A model generated the notes under the pieces. The model ran no database searches. It was given only the letters and a program-made list of their open reading frames with translations, and was not told where the DNA came from. Positions 59,716 through 64,000 of a stretch of 64,000 nucleotides of DNA are shown here, one piece after another (the first letter of the stretch is position 1; every line of letters begins with the position of its first letter). Origin of the DNA: an uncultured Fidelibacterota bacterium (lineage in GTDB: Bacteria > Fidelibacterota > UBA8477 > JABMPR01); assembly GCA_937888365.1 (NCBI GenBank), contig CALBFA010000101.1, positions 54,035 through 118,034 on the forward strand, given 5' to 3'. The translations under genes and the position numbers were made by a program.

Positions 59716-59879
59716 AGAAAGCTAATTTTCCTTTATGTAAATGGCAGTAAAATCTCCGGCAAAATATAAAAGATTTTAAGGCCAAATAAAGGGATTAAAT
59801 CAATTTAGATTTAACACATGGAAGGATCATTATTGACATTTTCTTAAGCATCAAACGATCATGAATATTTGATATGAAT

Positions 59880-60044
59880 TTATTTTTTTATCGTGATAAG
59901 GGGGATCGACTTTTTTTGATTCGGATTGATAGTACAATGACTGCATTTAATATCCGTTTCGACATGATAAAATTGACGCGCAAACTTACGTGCGACGTAT
60001 ATCATTGATAACACAAACAATATGATAGCGATTATTTCTTGCAT
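59880..60044 (-). CDS. Unannotated 54-aa small ORF: N-terminal TM helix plus a C-terminal CxxC motif. Resembles FeoB-associated Cys-rich membrane proteins.
   Basis: GGAGG Shine-Dalgarno site 5 nt upstream of an ATG that lies 1 nt after the feoB stop. Sequence MQEIIAIILFVLSMIYVARKFARQFYHVETDIKCSHCTINPNQKK... Confidence 0.5.
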   Translation of the reverse strand: MQEIIAIILFVLSMIYVARKFARQFYHVETDIKCSHCTINPNQKKSIPLITIKK

Positions 60045-60045
60045 T

Positions 60046-62190
60046 TTAGCCTCCTATTCCCAGGATTTTTCCGCCTTGGAATACTAATAAAGAAGCAAAA
60101 TAGGCTAGCGAAGTCATATAACCCGTCATGATAAGTGGCCATTTCCAGGAATTTGTTTCTTTTTTTACAATGGCAAATGTCGCCATACACTGTGCCGCAA
60201 ATACATAGAAGACGAGCAAGGATAAAGCCGTCAGAATTGAATACGTTTTTTTACCAGTCTGTTCATTCGTATCATTGACAAGGGCTCTGGAAAGGTTCAC
60301 CATTTCCCCACTGCCGTCCTCAACATTATAGATAGTCGAAAGTGTCGAAACCATGACTTCTCTTGCGGCGAATGATGTAACCAAACCAATGCCAATTTTC
60401 CAATCGAAGCCAAGAGGTGCAATAAAGGGTTCCATCTTCTTCCCCAATTGTCCGGCGTAGCTTGCCTCGATTTTAGTCATCATCTCACCTGTTTCCTGAT
60501 GCTGAACTTTGGGAAAAGACGCTAAAAACCATAGAACGATAGATATAGCCAAGATGATTTTACCCGCATCCGTTAAAAAGCCCCTCGCTCTTTGATACAC
60601 TTGATAGAGTGTAGAGCGTAAAAGGGGTACTCTATATGGAGGCAATTCCATTACAAAATTCGAATGACTTTTCAGTGTAATGAATCGGGAAAATATTTTT
60701 GCGATTACTAAAGCCGTTGCTGTTCCTAAAAAATACATAAATACCAGAACGAGACCCTGTAAACCAAAAATTCCAGACACTTTTTCGGATGGAATAAACG
60801 CACCAATAAGCATGGCATAAACGGGCAATCTCGCGCTACAGGATATAAGAGGAACGATTAGAATAGTGATCAGTCGCTCTTTCCAACTATCGATTGTTCG
60901 CGTCGCCATAACGCCTGGTATCGCACAGGCAAACCCACTCATAAGGGGTAGAACAGATCGACCATGAAGCCCTACTTTCGTCATAAATTTGTCCATCATG
61001 ACCACGACTCGAGCCATATAGCCTGTATCTTCTAAAATGGCGAGGAAGAAAACTAAAATAAGTATTTGTGGTAAGAATATCAATATGGCACCAACGCCTC
61101 CGATGACGCCTTCTACGAGTAAATCCCTTAATATTCCAGGACTCATCATTTGATGGATGGAATGTCCGAAAGCAGCGACGCCAGAATCAATCCATTCCAT
61201 AGGATAGCTGGAAAATGTAAAGATAGTTTGAAAAATAAAATATAGGATCCCTACAAATATTATGGGTCCCATATATTGATGTGTTAATACTTTGTCTAAT
61301 TTTTCGCTAAAAGAAGATTCTTTTATTTTATCGACTCTAGCATTTTCCGTTGATCCTAATTGTTTGTCAAGCCAATGATATCGTAGTGTTGCCTCAATGA
61401 TTTTATAGGAGATCCCCTTCTTTTCCATAGCGTCGCGACTTTGCTGAACGATGGATTCAAGTTTGGTCAATTTATAATCTAAAGCGTTATTATTCTTTTT
61501 AAAATAATTTTTGTAAAGCTTGAATGTGGAATTACGTGTCACCAATCTTAATCCTTGAGCTATTGCAGCTTCCTCGGTGTACGCGAATTCAGATTGAAGC
61601 CATTGAATTAGTGGCGTAATGGACGATATATTAGAAAGTTTTACAGCGTGATTTACGTTTGCAGAATGTGGTCTCAATGCAAAGGATAGTGTTGATTTTA
61701 ACGCATCAATGCCAGTTTTTTGAGAAGCGGAAACATAGACGGCAGCTTCTGCACCAAACATATTTTTAATATCTTCTTCAGCGATTCTCTTCGCTTCGTC
61801 AGTGCGGTCAGACATATTGAGGGCAATTACAACGGGAATCCCTAAATCCATGACTTGTGATGTTAAATATAAATTCCGGCTCAAATTCGATGCATCGACG
61901 ACTGAAATTATTACTTCAGGTTTTTCGTCAGAATGCAACCAATGCAACACTTGCTCTGTAACGACCTGTTCATCAAAAGATTCAGCTGTTAAACTATATG
62001 TCCCTGGTAAATCAAGTAGGTCAATATGCTGATTATTATTTAATTTTAGTTTCCCGATTTTCCTATCAACCGTTACGCCAGGATAGTTTGATACCTTTTG
62101 ATGCATACCCGTTAATTGATTAAATAATGCTGTTTTCCCTGAATTAGGATTCCCAATGAGGGCGATAAATCGGTTAAAATCGGTTTTCAT
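60046..62190 (-). CDS. feoB: Ferrous iron transporter FeoB
   Basis: N-terminal G-domain IALIGNPNSGKTALFNQLTG followed by a polytopic membrane domain. Confidence 0.9.
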   Translation of the reverse strand: MKTDFNRFIALIGNPNSGKTALFNQLTGMHQKVSNYPGVTVDRKIGKLKLNNNQHIDLLDLPGTYSLTAESFDEQVVTEQVLHWLHSDEKPEVIISVVDASNLSRNLYLTSQVMDLGIPVVIALNMSDRTDEAKRIAEEDIKNMFGAEAAVYVSASQKTGIDALKSTLSFALRPHSANVNHAVKLSNISSITPLIQWLQSEFAYTEEAAIAQGLRLVTRNSTFKLYKNYFKKNNNALDYKLTKLESIVQQSRDAMEKKGISYKIIEATLRYHWLDKQLGSTENARVDKIKESSFSEKLDKVLTHQYMGPIIFVGILYFIFQTIFTFSSYPMEWIDSGVAAFGHSIHQMMSPGILRDLLVEGVIGGVGAILIFLPQILILVFFLAILEDTGYMARVVVMMDKFMTKVGLHGRSVLPLMSGFACAIPGVMATRTIDSWKERLITILIVPLISCSARLPVYAMLIGAFIPSEKVSGIFGLQGLVLVFMYFLGTATALVIAKIFSRFITLKSHSNFVMELPPYRVPLLRSTLYQVYQRARGFLTDAGKIILAISIVLWFLASFPKVQHQETGEMMTKIEASYAGQLGKKMEPFIAPLGFDWKIGIGLVTSFAAREVMVSTLSTIYNVEDGSGEMVNLSRALVNDTNEQTGKKTYSILTALSLLVFYVFAAQCMATFAIVKKETNSWKWPLIMTGYMTSLAYFASLLVFQGGKILGIGG

Positions 62191-62192
62191 AA

Positions 62193-62435
62193 TTATGAAT
62201 AAATTTCAATGTGAGCAGCGTCATTTTTTCGAACTGAGACATAATAATCTCGGACTTTAAATTCGAGAGGCCCATTAAAGGGCGTTCGTTTAATCATACG
62301 AATTTCAGTCCCTGGCAGAATTCCCATTTCGACTAAACGAGATTGAAGTTCGGACGATTCCAAAAATCCTTTTATTTGTGCAACTTGATTTTTTTTCATA
62401 TCTAATAATGTCATTTGTTTAGGCAATCCTGACAA
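62193..62435 (-). CDS. feoA: Ferrous iron transport protein FeoA
   Basis: 80-aa SH3-like FeoA domain immediately upstream of feoB. Confidence 0.8.
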   Translation of the reverse strand: MSGLPKQMTLLDMKKNQVAQIKGFLESSELQSRLVEMGILPGTEIRMIKRTPFNGPLEFKVRDYYVSVRKNDAAHIEIYS

Positions 62436-62836
62436 ATGCCAAATAATTGATGTACATGTCGTTCTAATTTAAAATCAAATTTCTTTGCAATAGAAACTTG
62501 AAGCGATTCAATTTCCTCATTAAAAAACTCTTCAACCTTGCCACAGTCAATGCAGATTAGATGATCATGGTGTGATGCCGAAGTTCGCATTTCATATCGA
62601 GCTCTACCGTCACCGAACTCTAATTTTCGTACAATGCTGTTTTCAACTAAAGCATCTAAGACCCTGTAAACGGTTGCTCTACTTACATTATCTTCAGTTT
62701 TTCGCAATTCGAAATAGAGTTCATCAGCGTCAGGATGTGCGTTTATTTTTCCGAGTAAAGTCAAAATTGCAAGCCGTTGAGGCGTAACCTTGAGATTCCC
62801 TGCTTTGAGTTGCTGTCTATTGTCTGGTGTTTCCAT
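62411..62836 (-). CDS. fur: Fur-family transcriptional regulator
   Basis: DNA-binding helix ATVYRVLDALVE. Metal-site residues HHDHLIC, plus C-x-x-C. Confidence 0.85.
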   Translation of the reverse strand: METPDNRQQLKAGNLKVTPQRLAILTLLGKINAHPDADELYFELRKTEDNVSRATVYRVLDALVENSIVRKLEFGDGRARYEMRTSASHHDHLICIDCGKVEEFFNEEIESLQVSIAKKFDFKLERHVHQLFGICQDCLNK

Positions 62837-62943
62837 ATGAAGGTCCCTTTCCTCTTCTCAAATGAAGATACATAAAGGAGGCTCTATTGCAAGTGATATT
62901 CATTCGCATTTAGAAAATATTTATTTATGGAACGAAATGTAAC

Positions 62944-62970
62944 AAAAAAAGGGCTCAGAAGAGCCCTTTT
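62944..62970 (-). terminator. Rho-independent terminator downstream of the T9SS cargo gene and its relic
   Basis: GGGCTC-AGAA-GAGCCC flanked by A7 and T4 on the plus strand, so it reads as a hairpin plus T7 on the minus strand. Confidence 0.7.
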
Positions 62971-62990
62971 CAAACTATAAAAGAATCAGA

Positions 62991-63167
62991 TTATTTAAGC
63001 AATAACATTTTGTTAGTTGCTGTAAATCCGTCTGCTTCCATTGAATAGAAATATAAACCTGAAGGCATTGCTTTACCCATGGAATTTGTACCTTTCCATG
63101 AGGCAGTGTAATTTCCAGATGTAAATTTTGTATCCTTACAATTCTGATTATTCTTCAAGCGGAAACA
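62991..63167 (-). pseudogene. Relic C-terminal half of a T9SS C-terminal sorting domain, with no start codon and in the +1 frame relative to the upstream gene
   Basis: Translation RCFRLKNNQNCKDTKFTSGNYTASWKGTNSMGKAMPSGLYFYSMEADGFTATNKMLLLK followed by a stop. It matches the C-terminal consensus W-x-G-x-x-x-x-G-x-x-x-x-S-G-x-Y-F-Y...K-K-x-x-L-x-K. Confidence 0.55.
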
Positions 63168-64000
63168 CCGCTAACTTTAATATTTTGTTCCCCATATTTT
63201 CAACTTCGATATGTATGATATACATTCCTCGTGCTATAGTTTTGCCTGCACTATTTTTCAAGTCCCATTGGTCAAACGTACTGCCACTAAAAGCCGAGTT
63301 ATGATGTTCAATTTTGTTTACGAGATGTCCACCGACGGAATATATGCGGATGATGCATTTAATATCCTCGCGAGCCGGAAGATGTGAAAACATAACATAA
63401 TGATTTAGAGACATAACTTCTTCATTATAAGTACCATAATAAGGATTTGGGAAAACATTAATGAGGTCGATTTGTTTATCGAGTTCAGCCTGATTCGTTG
63501 TTGTTTTTAATACTTCCGGAGTAAAGATATATTCATCAATACCTGGCTTGACAGGGTTCAAGAAATATAGGTTAACTGTATCGCCGATTGAATATTTGGA
63601 AGCGCTGCTAAAGGTAAACATCCATCCGGATGCATCATTATTATATAGAGGATAAATCGTATTCTCATTTTCGTAATAATCTTCGTGCATGGTCACAACC
63701 CAGTCATTATCAAGGGTCAATAATGTTTCTTCACCATCTATTATCATGCCACTGTTAGAACCGGAATTATTATTATCAGCTATACCCACGCCGAGTCTTA
63801 CATTACGCTCTATATCCCATATTTCATATGGAACATGCGTTAAGGTATCAGCTGGTTGATAATCTCGTGAAAGTGACCAGATACTGGCATTCGAGCCTTC
63901 CTCTGTAAACCTAATTTGTAAATCTGATTGAATAAGTTCAGGGTCTGTAATGCCACCACCAATTCCGCGCAAAGAGCTAATTAAGTCGTTAGTCGCTCCT
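63148..64000 (-). CDS. T9SS cargo protein. 3' portion only; the 5' end lies beyond the window.
   Basis: The frame stays open to position 64000. The C-terminal INVFPNPYYG...RIYSVGGHLV...ARGMYIIHIEV...KILKLAVFPLEE is a complete type A T9SS C-terminal domain. Confidence 0.6.
   Translation of the reverse strand, partial: GATNDLISSLRGIGGGITDPELIQSDLQIRFTEEGSNASIWSLSRDYQPADTLTHVPYEIWDIERNVRLGVGIADNNNSGSNSGMIIDGEETLLTLDNDWVVTMHEDYYENENTIYPLYNNDASGWMFTFSSASKYSIGDTVNLYFLNPVKPGIDEYIFTPEVLKTTTNQAELDKQIDLINVFPNPYYGTYNEEVMSLNHYVMFSHLPAREDIKCIIRIYSVGGHLVNKIEHHNSAFSGSTFDQWDLKNSAGKTIARGMYIIHIEVENMGNKILKLAVFPLEE

Noticed and set aside
1-64000. CRISPR arrays, transposases, integrases and phage genes
   Set aside because: No short direct-repeat arrays with unique spacers were seen. 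No DDE or tyrosine/serine recombinase motifs were seen. The only sizeable repeats are the two leader copies and the duplicated cassette.

Overview
Largely core chromosomal window from a low-GC bacterium that uses Shine-Dalgarno sites (GGAGG/GAGGAG upstream of many starts). It also carries several cargo proteins with C-terminal sorting domains of the type IX secretion system (T9SS), which points to an FCB-superphylum-like lineage without identifying it further. Features in order along the window:
- 1-2815: 3' end of a parvulin-type peptidyl-prolyl isomerase gene, a terminator, then a motA-motB-motB stator-like operon. One MotB paralog lacks the proton-channel Asp.
- 2855-9024: a short-chain dehydrogenase gene on the minus strand, then a 1294-aa C25 (gingipain/PorU-like) peptidase with a T9SS C-terminal domain, maf and a rodZ-like gene.
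- 9240-25119: a complete division and cell wall cluster, mraZ-rsmH-ftsL-ftsI-murE-murF-mraY-murD-ftsW-murG-murC-ftsQ-ftsA-ftsZ, with no murB or ddl. A candidate MraZ operator overlaps a sigma70-like promoter at 9242-9285.
- 25199-26545: a class III aminotransferase on the minus strand.
- 26687-40826: a 14-kb minus-strand type IVa pilus super-operon, pilA-pilT-three minor pilins-pilMNOPQ-Ig-repeat lipoprotein-pilB-pilC.
- 41184-43004: a minus-strand GLUG-repeat T9SS cargo gene. It carries the same ~125-bp promoter/5'UTR module as pilA.
- 43374-56402: an Amidase_3 protein, pepA, plsX, a tandemly duplicated two-gene cassette (diverged secreted protein plus conserved DUF350-like membrane protein), tRNA-Met(CAU), a hypothetical ORF, a PlsC-like acyltransferase, an MscS channel, a likely cobalamin riboswitch upstream of a TonB-dependent receptor, and a T9SS beta-propeller cargo.
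- 56489-62836: a hypothetical outer-membrane-like protein gene, a 204-aa membrane protein gene, a yhaM-like gene, an unannotated 54-aa cysteine-rich small ORF, and the fur-feoA-feoB operon.
- 62991-64000: a 5'-truncated T9SS cargo gene, followed by a frame-shifted relic of a second T9SS C-terminal domain.
- No CRISPR arrays, transposases or integrases were seen.
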